DNA from: Carcharhinus longimanus
Taxonomy: Eukaryota
Assembly (NCBI GenBank): GCA_030264375.1
Contig: JASCQW010000122.1
Location: forward strand, 27,607,615 to 27,671,614
DNA: 64,000 bases
Reading direction: 5' to 3'
Positions within the stretch are counted from its first letter, which is position 1, and each line of letters opens with the position of its first letter. Below the pieces are notes generated by a model. The model was given only the letters and a program-made list of their open reading frames with translations, had not been told where the DNA came from and ran no database searches. This document shows positions 26,947 to 38,947 of this stretch, piece by piece. Made by a program: the position numbers and the translations under genes.

Positions 26947-27070
26947 GTAAGATGGGTATAGAGGGACATGGGCCAAATGCAGGCAATTGGGACTAGCTTA
27001 GTGGTAAAAGCTGGGCGGCCTGGACAAGTTGGGCCAAAGGGCCTGTTTCCATGCTGTAAATCTCTATGAC
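26947..27070 (+). mobile_element. CR1 3' tail fragment of another subfamily
   Basis: gggcc...aagggcctgtttccatgctgtaaatctctatgac; homologous to the tail of the CR1 at 44894 in opposite orientation. Confidence 0.8.
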
Positions 27071-27310
27071 GCCATAAATGATTAGTGGGGAAGCTGGAAT
27101 GCTTTTGTTATAGGTTATTAAAAATGTGCATTTTTAGACAGATTAAAGTATAATATATAGATGAATTAAATGTAAATTCATTCATTTCAAAATGATCAGC
27201 TTTTTGCAAACTCAGGCAATTTTTTCCCAAATTTGTTTTTTTTTACTATTTTTGCTTTTGGAATGTGGGTAACATTGGCAAGTCTACATTTAATGTACAT
27301 AAAAAAAACC

Positions 27311-27440
27311 CATAGAATCCTGACAGTGAGGGAGGAGGCCACTTGGCCCATCAAGTCTGCACAGACCACCTCCCCCCCAGGCCCTTTCTCCATAATCCCG
27401 CGTATTTACCCTCCTAGTCCCCCTGACACTAAGGGACACT
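27311..27440 (-). mobile_element. HE1/V-SINE 3' fragment
   Basis: Homologous to 7862-7990 (ccaggccct...ccataat...tatttaccct...acactaag). Confidence 0.7.
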
Positions 27441-27659
27441 AAAAATTCTTTTTAAATATTGGAGGGAGAACCCAAATCATATATGGCATTAGGCATAATC
27501 TCAAGAATATCATAACTGTACTAAAAAATTAATCATATAAATACCAGTATTCTGTGGAANNNNNNNNNNNNNNNNNNNNNNNNNNNNNNNNNNNNNNNNN
27601 NNNNNNNNNNNNNNNNNNNNNNNNNNNNNNNNNNNNNNNNNNNNNNNNNNNNNNNNNNN

Positions 27660-28335
27660 GATTATCTACATAATGTTCCAAGAAGCCCTCCTGGATGCTC
27701 CTTACAAACTCTGTCCCATCCGCACCCCTAGCACTGAGTCCCAGTCAATACAGGGGAAGTTAATCTCCTACCACAACCCTGTTACTTTTACACCTTGCCA
27801 AAATCTGCCTACATATTTGTTCCTCTATCTCCCGCTGGCAATTGGATGTCCTATAGTAAATCCCCAACATTGTGATTACACCCTTCCTATTCATGAGCTC
27901 TACCCATATTGCCTCACTGTCTGAGCCGTCCGAGGTGTCCTCCCGCAGTACAGATGTGATATTCTCCTTAACCAGTGGTGCAACTTCCCCCTGTATCCCA
28001 CCTGAAACATCTGTTTCCTGGAATGTCAAGCTGCCAATTCTATCCTCCCCCTAACCAAATCTCTGTAGTGGCAGCAACATCATAGTTCCTTGTACTCATC
28101 CAAGCTTTAAGTTCATCTGCCTTATCTGTACACTTCTCGCAGTGAAACAAATGCACTTCAGTTCACCAGACCCGCTTTGATTAGCAATCCCACCCTGCCT
28201 GCTGTTTCTCTGAGTCTTACTGGCCTTGTTCTCTTGTTCCCCTTCAGCTAATTCACTTTTGCTTTGATTCCCACCCCCCCCGCCAAATTAATTTAAATCC
28301 TCCTGTGTGACACTAGCAAACCTCCCAGCCAGGGC
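27660..28335 (-). mobile_element. CR1 5' portion (APE endonuclease), continuation of 24677-26946
   Basis: SEAIWVELMNRKG...GIYYR...RVVVGD, ending EFVRSIQEGFLEHYVDN, which normally directly precedes the ILDLVLGNE seen at 26946. Confidence 0.9.
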
Positions 28336-28339
28336 ATAA

Positions 28340-28760
28340 ACCTTTATGCCCTTGAACACTTGGAACATTTAGCTAATACTGTGTGGTGTCATTGTGATTT
28401 TCTGTAATATAGGTGGTAATTTTCAATCATATAAGTGAATGAATGCAGCAAGTGGAGGAAAAATAAAATAGAAACAATGATCCCTGCTCTGTGTTTTTGG
28501 TGAGACCGCCACCTTTATCCTCACCCACTCCTCCAATGATCTTCAGCTTAACCATGACGAGCATTGACAGTTCATGTGAAGAGAAGTTTAAAGAATGGAG
28601 AAACCTGCTCCATGCTGTAACCACTTCCTCTATGGCCAGCACAACGTAATTAGTCTTTTAAGTAGCATCTGCAGCCTTTTTAGAGCTGATACTGCATGCT
28701 ATAACTCTGTCCTTCGATGTTAGTGAGCTCCTGCCTCAGGCTCGATTCAGGTTAGAAGAG
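28340..28760 (-). mobile_element. Highly decayed RTE-like RT remnant
   Basis: IACSISSKKAADA resembles IAFIDL.KAFD and KNTEQGSLF resembles KTGVKQG..L. Weak. Confidence 0.3.
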
Positions 28761-28844
28761 CATGACAAATATGCAATAGATGTGGTCTTGGGAAATGACA
28801 TGAGGTCTAGCAGAATCGTCAATGTTGAGATCCTGTGTTGTGGT

Positions 28845-29130
28845 GTCAATTGTGGTTCAGGGCTTTCACTTACATTTCTGTCTGTACTATGTGGGCCAAG
28901 TTCCACTCCAAATTGGAACTGAGTACATATCTAGGCCAATGCTTTAGTACTGTATTGAGAAAGTGCTGCACTGTTCTACTACTGTCTTTTCGATGAGACG
29001 TTAAATCAAGGTTCCATCTGCCCCTTTTAGGTGGAAATAAAAGATCCCACTATTTTGCACTATTGTGATGAAGATCAGGGAAATCCTTTGTGTCCTGACC
29101 AATACTCACCTCTCAGGCAACATACTAAAA
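28845..29130 (+). mobile_element. Deu-domain SINE (SacSINE1-like)
   Basis: tRNA-like head plus gtgctgcactg...tgtcttttcgatgagacgttaaatcaagg...aaaagatccca...gtcctgaccaata. Confidence 0.8.
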
Positions 29131-29640
29131 ATAAAAAATAACTCATCAGGCCAGGGAGCATCTGTGGAGAGAGAAAAAAGTTAATGGGCCTTCTGGCTCC
29201 CCAGCATTGTATTTGGGGGATACCCCCAAAGATGTGCTAGGGAATCCTTCTTGGAAGTTCCCATGTAAGTGTTTACTGGGTAATTGTCTAGAAGGGTTAA
29301 CTCCTCTAGACAACTGCATTGGGCTGGAAACCATCTGACAAAGTGAGTTAAATCACTAACTTTGGATGATTCTGCCAGTTTCACATGCAGAGTTGCTCTG
29401 TTAGAAGGAAAAAATGCACTTCTAACTTCAGAGTAACTATTTTAAACACCCAAACTTAGCCCTGCATGGAATACCCCTGAACCCCTCTGTACCAACCCCC
29501 ACTAAGGAAGCACCCATCTCTCACCAGTATGGGATTCTTTCTCCACCCCCCCATCCCCCACCCCCTGATCTGACTGGGTCCGACCCCTCACTAGACTGAC
29601 AATCCCACCCATCCCAATTCCTGAATGACACCCCTACAAC

Positions 29641-30190
29641 CCACTCTAGGATCTCAGCATAAAGTTCAAGGCTGAGATTCCAGCGCAGTACTGAGGAAGT
29701 GCTGGAATTGTGTGATACAATTTTGAAAAAGAGCTGGAAAATCATTCCTGGTGTCCTACCAATATTTATTCTCTCAATTAACATCATAAGAACATAAGAA
29801 CATAAGAAATAGGAGCAGGAGTAGGTACTTTTTGTGAGACCTTACTGTGTGTAACTTGGCCACTGTGCTTTCCACTGTACATGATGTGGAGATGCTGGCG
29901 TTGGACTGGGGTAAACATGGTAAGAAGTCTCACAACACCAGGTTAAAGTACAACAGGTTTATTTGGTAGCTACCTTATCTTCATCAGGTAAGGAGCAGCG
30001 CTCCGAAAGCTAGTGGTTTTTGCAACCAAATAAACCTGTTGTACTTCAACCTGGTGTTGTGAAACTTCTTATAGTCTTTCTACTTTACAACAGTGACTGC
30101 ACTTTAAAAGTACTTCATTTACAGTAAAACAATTTGGGATGTCCTGTGATCACAAAAGGTGTTATATAAATGCATATCATACTTTCTTCT
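29641..30190 (+). mobile_element. Deu-domain SINE interrupted by a CR1 tail stub (29786-29826) and a Penelope fold-back (29881-30071)
   Basis: cagtactgagg...gtcctaccaatatttattctctcaa...; the SINE tail resumes after 30072. Confidence 0.65.
29881..30071. mobile_element. Penelope-derived inverted terminal-repeat (fold-back) element
   Basis: Arms 29921-29970 and 30022-30071 are reverse complements at 47/50 positions. The loop holds GGAGC-agc-GCTCC-GAAA-GCTA and an inverted CTGATGA. Homologous to 24173-24277. Confidence 0.85.
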
Positions 30191-32202
30191 TTTTTCTTTG
30201 ACTTTTCAGCATCTTTTATTTTATTTCAAATATCGAGTATTTGCAGTATTTTGCTTTTGTAACACTAAATGAATTCTGATCATTATCTTTTGTAGCACTC
30301 AATGTGCTCAGATTTGTTGCTGTCTTTCTGACATTACACTTCAAAAAATACTTCAATGACTAAAGTTCCAATATACTTCATTGGTAATAAAGCAGCTTGG
30401 GGTGACCGGCAGTCATGGAAGACATTATATAAATATTCATTTTTCTTTCCTTCTGCTTAAATGCTGCAGCAGAAAAGTCTCCTATAATACTGGTGCTGCA
30501 CTGCTTTTGATATTGTATTAACCAACTGGTTAAAACATTCAAAATATGTTATCCATGTCACAATGTTAAAAACATTCTGCTGACAGGAAAGAGCCAGGAC
30601 AAATTGTTTTAATATTCTTCACTGTTTTATATTAACCGGGAACAATGCTAACCCCAGAACACACTATTGAATTCCAATCAAGAATCAGGTGAGAATGACA
30701 ACTGGATCAAGTTTGTAAAAAATTGCAAGTAACATTTTGAATTCAAATCAATGACTCAAGAAGAGCCTCCCAACATAAAATCAGTTGACGACTTTCTCAT
30801 CCAAATTTTATTTCTGAGATTGTAATTCCGTTGCGGCTGCTCCTAAACGTAATTTTGAACTTTAAAATGATGAGAACCAATGTATATGCAAGAGGTTTAC
30901 TCAACTGAGTTTATAATTGCAAATGTTTTCTTTGCAATTGTGTAGCTCTGCGTCTGGGTATTTCTTTTCCAGGCCTATGTATTAGGAAATAGCAATACTT
31001 CCTGAAGAACACAGATTCACCATACAGAATTGCTTTTAATTCAGCACTGATTTGCACTAAATTGGCCATTTCATTTGGAGAGGACAATCTGTTGTGGAAA
31101 ATAAATACAATGCCACATTCACATTTCCTTGAAATGCATTCACTGTTGAGGTGCTCCTACATTTGGTTTGGATTATATGATTGAGCAGAAATCACTTTGC
31201 AACTTTTAAGTTTTATACACCTGGCCTGGAAGTGCTTGTTACACAACTGGATGCTGCATGAAATGATTTCTAACACCCAGCACTAATGCACACAGTCACA
31301 AATAAATGCTAAATAGACAACTGAAGTTTCATGAAAATTTATGTCTTTTGTATTTTCTATATTTTTAAATATAAATTGCCATACTATTTGAAATATTAGG
31401 AATACATTCAACAGTTAGAACATGTGACAGTGTGCAGTGTGTTCATCCATTGCCTGTCACGCTTCAGTTGATTGGGAGGCTATTCTGATAGATGCCATAT
31501 TGCTTAGAAAGAATTACACTGCATTTTCACTTAATTCAATGAATCAATTAATTGCTTCACTTTAGTGCAAACAAACCAGAAATTCTAACTGCACGGCTGT
31601 TAAACAGGGAGCAGGCTGCATAGCTGCTTTTAGATCCAACATTTACATGTAATTATCTTCTTATATAATTAACTGCGCTCAGTTAATAAGCATCTTGCAA
31701 ATGACAGCCTTGCTTTATAAATTAATGCTCAATTGTTCAGAACACTGAGTGAATAATTACCATTCAGTATATCTCCATTAATGGCAGTGATCTAAAATCA
31801 TGAGTATTGAGAGGGGAAACAATAAGAGTGTTTGGAAACACTGCTGTGCAGTTTCATGCTTAGATCAAATAAAATGAATGAAGTGAGTATCCCTTAAACA
31901 TATGTTACTTTGATAAAAGTATTTAAAAATCAAATACTAAAACATCATTATTAATCCAGTAATTTACCACAGGCGATCCTTAATAGAGGCACCTGCTTTT
32001 TCTGAAGCAATTTCTCTTTACAATACAATGATGCATTTTTTGAAGATAGTACAGCTGAATTAATTTCTTAAATTAATAAATGAACTGTGATTCTATTCTA
32101 GAACTAAGGCTGAAGTACAAAAAAGGGAAGATGTTATGTGGTTATATATTTTTTCTAATGTCTTTGTCATAAAGTCAGAAGGTTTTCTTCATTATGCAGA
32201 TT

Positions 32203-32216
32203 GTTGCTATGGAGAC
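32203..32216. promoter_or_regulatory. RFX X-box-like motif in a TE-poor tract
   Basis: GTTGCTATGGAGAC is close to the RFX consensus GTTRCYATGGYAAC. Motif match only. Confidence 0.35.
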
Positions 32217-33094
32217 TACACAGATATTTGAGTAACAACAACATCTCAACAGTTCCAATAGCTGTCTTGACAATGTTCTTATCATTTACTAATCAAGATG
32301 AATTAATTCAAACAAACTTTTATTGTCAGTTTGTCAATGAGCTGCCAGTTACTTTTTATTATTTATACAGCCATTAATGAGAAAAAGCTCATCTGCAGGT
32401 GGTACAGTATGAGGTGGCATGCTATAGATTTGTGTGTTTCTAAACTCAGCAAGAAATCGTGAAAGCACATATAATTTAGTTTCTTTTTCATCTCTCGAGT
32501 TGAATTTTATCAGTGCTTTGGTGAGGTGCTGGGACGTGGGAAGGCTGGTAAATTGGTGTAGGAAGTTGTTGGGACATGCCCAATATTATGCCATTTTGCC
32601 AGCACTAGGATAAGTGGCAAATTGGCTGCTTCCCAGAGCTTGACTGAGCCATTTAAATGGCCAATTAAGAACTACCTCCTGCCTCCAAAGACATTTTACC
32701 TTTGTTGGGCAGGTGGCTACCGCTGTGTGGGGAGACTGCAGAGAAATCTAGCAGCTTCCAATGGTCTCTGAGCACTGCCTGCTCCTCATGACTCCCCTGC
32801 CCTCCCTCTCCTCATAACTGCAGACTTAGCAATGGTCACTATTAATGGTAGTGCTGCTGACCTGCCAGTCCTCTGATCAGCTCGAGGACATGGGGTGCCA
32901 TCCTTAGTAAAGACAGCAGACTTGCGGGAGCCAGTTAATTAGCTACTTCCGGGAAGATGCCCCCTTGGTCCTGCTGCCAGCCGAAGTACAGCAGGATCTC
33001 TGCAGTTGTGGCTATGGAGCGTAAATACTAATAGAAAAATATTATGCAATTTGAGAGTTGAACATTTTAAGAATAACTTGGGTTCCACATCAAA

Positions 33095-34100
33095 AGCACA
33101 GTGTCAGTTTTCACGTGTATGCTGATGACATCACAGCTCTAACTCTCTATTACCTTTCTTTAACCCGTCGAAGCATCTAAATTGTCAGATTGTTTGCCTG
33201 ATGTGTAGTACTGGACAAGCAAGAACTTCCTCCAATTAAGTATTGGGAAGACCAAAACCATTGTCTTCGGTCCCCACCACAAACTCCATTCCTTAGCCAT
33301 CAACTTCATCCACCTCCCTGGCAGTTTGCAACCTTGGTGTTTATTTAGTTTCCAGCTATATATCTGTGTCATCATTAAAGCCACCTTCTCCCACCTCCAT
33401 AATGTTTCCAACTTCATACCTACATCATCTCAAACACATAAAAATCTTTATCTACGTTTTTGTTACCTCGAGACTTGTGTTTTCCAACACACGCTCGATT
33501 ATCTGTGAACTTGAGGTCATCCAAAACTCTACTGCCCATATCCAAACTCGCACTAGGTCTAGTTTACTCTTTACTCCTCTGCTTGCTGATCAAAATTAGT
33601 CCCGGTTAAGCAACATGTTGATTTTAAAATTCTCATCCCCATCTTCACCTCTATAAACTTGAGGTCATCCTAACCTCTGTTTCCTGTATCTTCAGTCTCA
33701 TCAACTCCTATGAATCTAATATCCCTGCAGTTGCTGACATACTTTACTTACGGTTAAGGAACACCTCAATTTTAGAATTCTCATCCCTTCCTATCTTTGT
33801 AATCTTCTCTAGACCCACAACTCTCTGAAATATCTGCACGCTGCTAATTCTACTATCTTGAGCATTGCTTCACCATTGGTGGCTGTGCCTTCGGCTGCCA
33901 AGTTCTAACCTCTGAAATTCCTTCCCTCTCTGTCTCTCTACTGCTCTTTCTGTCTTCTAGACACTCCTAAAATCTGACCTCTTTAATCAAGCTTTTGGCA
34001 ATTTGCCCTATCCAATATCTCTTTATCTGGGTATTAAATTTTGTTTTATAAAGCTTTTGTAAAACACCTTAGGTCCTGTATAGTTGAAGGCACACTACCA
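33095..34100 (+). mobile_element. L2 LINE 3' portion with an internal ~145-bp diverged tandem duplication
   Basis: SFHVYADD followed by NFLQLSIGKT. The unit aacttgaggtcatcc...aattctcatccc occurs at ~33509-33639 and again at ~33656-33787. Confidence 0.8.
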
Positions 34101-34529
34101 ATGCTGAGTGATTAAAATCCTGGATGCTCAAGAGGCCAAAGTTAGAGAAACATAGATATCGTGGATAGTTAGAATAGGGAAGAAACAAATCATGATGGAA
34201 TTTGCACAGATTTAAAGCTCCTTTATTGTGTTAAAGGTTCTATATAAATACAATTCATTATTGTTCTACATACGGTTTTCCACTTTCAAGATGCTATAGA
34301 AGTACAAATTATTGTTGTTATTGAAAAGAGGTATATACAGAAATGTAAAAGATATCAAAAAGGCCAAATGACATTCAAGGCAAACTAGAAAACAGATTTT
34401 TAAAAATATACCCAAACTGTTTTTCCTATTAAAAATGTGTCCCAAATTAAGTGCCATTTAATAAATGATTAATTCCATGACCTGCAGGAAAGGAAACTTA
34501 ATTCGGTTCACAACACCTTTAGAATTAAA

Positions 34530-34830
34530 GTTGTATCTCAAAGAGGTAGATATTGGGTGCCCTTTCGTCTACAGGATTTAAGTTCAAATCTAAGCAAAGG
34601 AAAAAAGACAGCAATAACTCTCGAGTGTAACAGGTTTGACAATCCCAATCTAGTTCACAATGGACAAAAGCATGAAACTCCACACTTGCTTCAATCTAAT
34701 TTATTCAGACCCGAAGGACAAGGAATAAAAGAGCAAGACAGATAGAGTATTGGATGTCCTTCTGGACTGTGATTTTCATCTCTGGGACCACTGAATGTAG
34801 GGCTGTTGTCTCCAACAATTTTGATTTCCC
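34530..34830 (+). mobile_element. Possible LF-SINE-like remnant
   Basis: ccctttcgtctacagg...gttcaaatct and caatctagttcacaatggac resemble LF-SINE segments as I recall them. Confidence 0.35.
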
Positions 34831-35879
34831 AACCATCAGCAATGTTGCTAGATTTGTTCTAGTTCTAAAATTTAAGATTTAAGAGTCTAAGAATAGATGT
34901 TAGGTTGAACTTTCTCCCTGTTTCTGGGGCAAAAATTGATTTGTTCAGTGGCATAATTTCATGCTATCGGGTTTGTTGGCACCATTCTACCTCTGGATTA
35001 TTATAGCAGAGGGGGATTGGGGGCAGAGGATCATCTGCCCACTAATAGTGGGTAGTCAATTTAATTGATTAAAGTAAATTATCAGAGGCTGCAGCGCTGA
35101 GAACAGGCTGGTGGCAGGTTGGGAGATATGCATAGCAGGCAGGCTTTGAGGCATTCCAACTTACCAGGCCTTCCTGTGGGAGGATTCTTCCTTCACAATG
35201 ATGACCCATCAGCTTTAGCCATCCTTTCATTGAAAATTGTTTAAAATGCTGAAAGGGTGCCTTTTTCTTTTTCCCTTGGCTGCAAAGCAAGCTGTGGCAA
35301 CTTTGGTGCTGAATGGGCTCCTATTGGCCTTTGAGCTTCAAAAGCCTGCCCTTTGTCCCCAGTTGGATGACGAGCACAACCTCTAATCACGGACTGACAA
35401 ATTCAGGGAAAATTACTGCTGGATGACTGCTCACAAATCTGCAGAGAGTTCGGACCCAAATCTGATCCCAATGTCAGGGTTACAATCCAAAAGGCAAAAT
35501 CTTGTTCACTGCTTTTTCCATTCTAAATAACTCTATATTTTATATATTCATTTATACACATGTGATCTATTCAAACCAGGTCCTTGGCTCATTATCTGCT
35601 GATGCTTCACCCTGAGCCACTTTCTTGGCAGTTTTTGTCAGTGGTAGTTGGTCATTGCCTCCACTATCATTGGCAGAGTGAGCAAGTAGGTCTCAAATCT
35701 ACCTCTGCTATAATGGGAACTGAACCCACATTGCTGACTTTGTCAGAACTGCCATCTAGCAAACTGATCCCCAAATCACCCATATACTGGAGGTGATTGA
35801 ATAAATTAGAATTTTTTTTAAATGTGAGAAGTCAAGTTAAGATTAGTGAATTCCTAAGAAGTATTTCATGTAACAGTTC

Positions 35880-36190
35880 TTTCTTCACATGAACTGAGCA
35901 AATTATTCGTCACACAAAGTGCTTGAATAATTGGTCAAAATAGTTAAAAATTAGGACAAAGGGTAATTAATAACTTTGTGGAATAAGTTACTAGGGTGAA
36001 AAAATGTGGAAGCAATCAATACTTACACTGCCACTGGCCGAGAGTGGTCAATTGGCACAGAGAGGTGCAAATTCTCCTGCAGGAGGTTGCACAGGTCTGT
36101 TATTGTTTGCTTGGAGAGACTGATCCATCTTACATATTGCTATCAGTGAGTTCCTCATAACAATTCTGGGTTTATAAACCATACATGGAG
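35880..36190 (-). pseudogene. Second Harbinger transposase relic (N-terminal region)
   Basis: VYKPRI-YEELT..QYVRWISLSKQTITDLCNLLQENL...RPVAV*VLIA resembles the Harbinger N-terminal HTH region. Confidence 0.55.
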
Positions 36191-37894
36191 AACAGAATCA
36201 CATATTCTGAAATTAATTCGGCATGTACTGCATTTATTTAAGTTTTATGAATAAAAGGACTCTTTATTTAAACTCAGCTCAGCGTATGATATGAAAAGTT
36301 GCCTACAAACCTATGATATGGTTAGTTCTGATTTCATTAATTTGTATTCAAGTTTCTACAATGTTTTATATTGACGTAGCTCAATTTGAATGAAGATTCT
36401 GTTGTTTTGTAAAGTACAACATAGAGCATTAACTACAAGTTAGATAAGATGGATAATTCTCGTGCGTCAGTTATTTTGGAAGTACGTCAGCATTTAATTA
36501 CTTGGCCTTCTTTGTTTTATTAAATACTACTAATTTAATCCTATGAGGGAAAACTCCAACTCTGATAGGTAAATCTTAATTTTGAATTTGGTGAAACAAA
36601 GCAGAGAGGAAAGGGTTGAACAGCTTTTAAAATTTGATCACAGCACCACCTACTGGTCCTGTATTACTTTCCTTGGGAATCAAATGATTTTTGCATTTAG
36701 AATTGTACTGGACTTTACAAAACAAAATTGGATCACAGCTTCTAAAAAGTTGCAGATTTCAAAAAAACTATATATTTTAAATTAAGGCTTCTCATGAGAA
36801 AATCTGTTTAAAATATACCCTCATTGAAGGAAACGTGCTGTGACAAAATGTTTCATAGCAGCATAGATAGAAATAAACTATCATTCCGACTTTCAGGACT
36901 GGATTTTCACAGAGTCAGGAAGATTCCATGGATCTCTAAAATGGTGGGAAGGGCTTCAATGCAGAAGTCCCGACCTAATTCTGATTGATCCAATTTTTTG
37001 CTCGTAGGTACATGGAGTAGGGCTTGCTTCATACAAGCCAGCAACCCAAACTCAATAATAAACATTTGAAATTAGTACCAAGTTCAAACAGAATCCATTT
37101 TGACTCCATTTTGCAACAGCTTCAACCCACAGTATGGGAGTCACAAATTTATGGAGTAGGCATAAAGATAAAATCGGTATAACTGTAATGATCTGAAATA
37201 TTTATAGGATCAGGAGAAACCAGAGTGTACGATCTGAAGATTTTTAAATCTTCCACTCTTTGAATTTGAAAAATACAGTTGCAGCTTTCAGTGCAAGTTT
37301 GAAAAAAAGCTCATCTGCTGCAGGTTGGAAAAGAAACAGCAGTATCTAGTTATGCAATTTCAATATAGTTCTCTGTTGACATTCCCCAAATGATATTATG
37401 TCATTATGAATGCTTGGCTGTTGAAATGCTACAATTATCTCAGCAGGGCTTCTGAGTTCACTGTTTGCTTAACAGTTTAAAAAAACCATTAAAGGATTAG
37501 CTGTCTTTGATGTGGGAGTCTGAATACAAGTTTGTTTTGATAAAAAAGCTAATGGGCAGGATTTTATGGCCTCATTTGACCAAAGATCGGAAAATCATGC
37601 TTGAAGTCAACAGACCTTCCCATTGTCCTCCTCGCGCTTGCTCCGATTCCCATGGTGGGCAGGGTGTTAGAATTCTGGTGAACCACTTGAGACTTAAAAG
37701 CTTTGAATGATTTTTTATGAATGGGAGTTTTTCATCATCTGGTGTGTAGAAGTGAGAACTTTATTAGGTTGTTATAAGTTTATTCTTTTTTCATCTCCAC
37801 ATTGATCCATAATGGGCAGGCCACAGGGGAATGCAGAGTGGTTATTGAGTTGGCATGTGTGTATGAGGGGCCATAGAGGATGGGCCATGAGTAC

Positions 37895-38290
37895 ATCCTA
37901 GCAGGACAAATCTTGACTGTGGAAAGACTCTCAAAGGCAGAGATCCAAAGTTTATTGGCACCCATCAAACAGCTTCATTGGCTTGGTACATCTACAGGAT
38001 GGAAGATGGATATATTCCCAAGGATATTTTGTGTGCCAATGCCCTTGTACGATGACGAGTTGGATTCCCAAAACTCCAGGAACACTTGTAAAGTGTGACT
38101 GAAGGTCCTACATATTGATTACCCCACTAGGGTGGCACTAGCTGATGACAGAGGAAAATGGTGATACCTCCAATGGGTTGGTACGTATCACCAAAATCAT
38201 CAGTGGCAAACAATACTTGGTAGATTCATGTATGGCACTTGTGGCAGAATCTGCACCTCAAATATTGGCTTCTTCAGCCACCACCAAAGG
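37895..38290 (+). mobile_element. RTE-clade LINE 3' fragment
   Basis: Across frameshifts: LHWLG-IYRMEDGYIPKDIL, ALADDRGKW and the C-terminal CGRICTSNIGFFSH zinc finger. Confidence 0.8.
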
Positions 38291-38695
38291 TGCATCACAT
38301 GAAGACACCCCAAATGAAACAGCACCCTTTCAACCACTGGCCAGGTAGGCAGGGATGCCTTAAATGTTTGCTGCATGTCCATCATCTTCCATCATCTTTT
38401 GTCGATGGGAGGATGCCGGAACAGGGGTGTGGGTGGAATGCATGAGTTGACATTGAATTCTCACGGAGGGAATAAGAGGCTATGGGAAGGTGGATGAGGA
38501 AGATACATGGGGTGAGGATCAGAAAGGCTTAACTGCTTCTGAAACAATGGGATGAACTTCCAGAGAAAACAGGTTGAATCTTCTAACCAATTAGCCTCAG
38601 CATTTGTCTGTCTCCATTGCTGTCTATGCTCAGTGGACCCAACTCCTTCCTGCAACTCCCACTGGAGCAAAATCGTGTGATTTGGAATACTTTTT

Positions 38696-38947
38696 ATAAG
38701 AACATAAGAAATAGGAGCAGGAGTAGGCCATATAGCCCTTCGAGCCTGCCCCGCCATTCAATAAGATCATGNNNNNNNNNNNNNNNNNNNNNNNNNNNNN
38801 NNNNNNNNNNNNNNNNNNNNNNNNNNNNNNNNNNNNNNNNNNNNNNNNNNNNNNNNNNNNNNNNNNNNNNNTTTAGTCTCTCTTCATAGTCCAACCCCCT
38901 CATCTCCGGTATCAGCCTAGTGAACCTCCTCTGCATTCCCTCCAAGG
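38696..38947 (-). mobile_element. CR1 3' fragment (gapped)
   Basis: EGMQRRFTRLIPEMRGLDYEERL plus a 3' tail with (aacataag) repeats. Confidence 0.9.

Noticed and set aside
29781-29826. (aacataag)n arrays, also at 38696 and 49821
   Set aside because: Standard CR1 3' terminal short repeats; not a CRISPR array or satellite.
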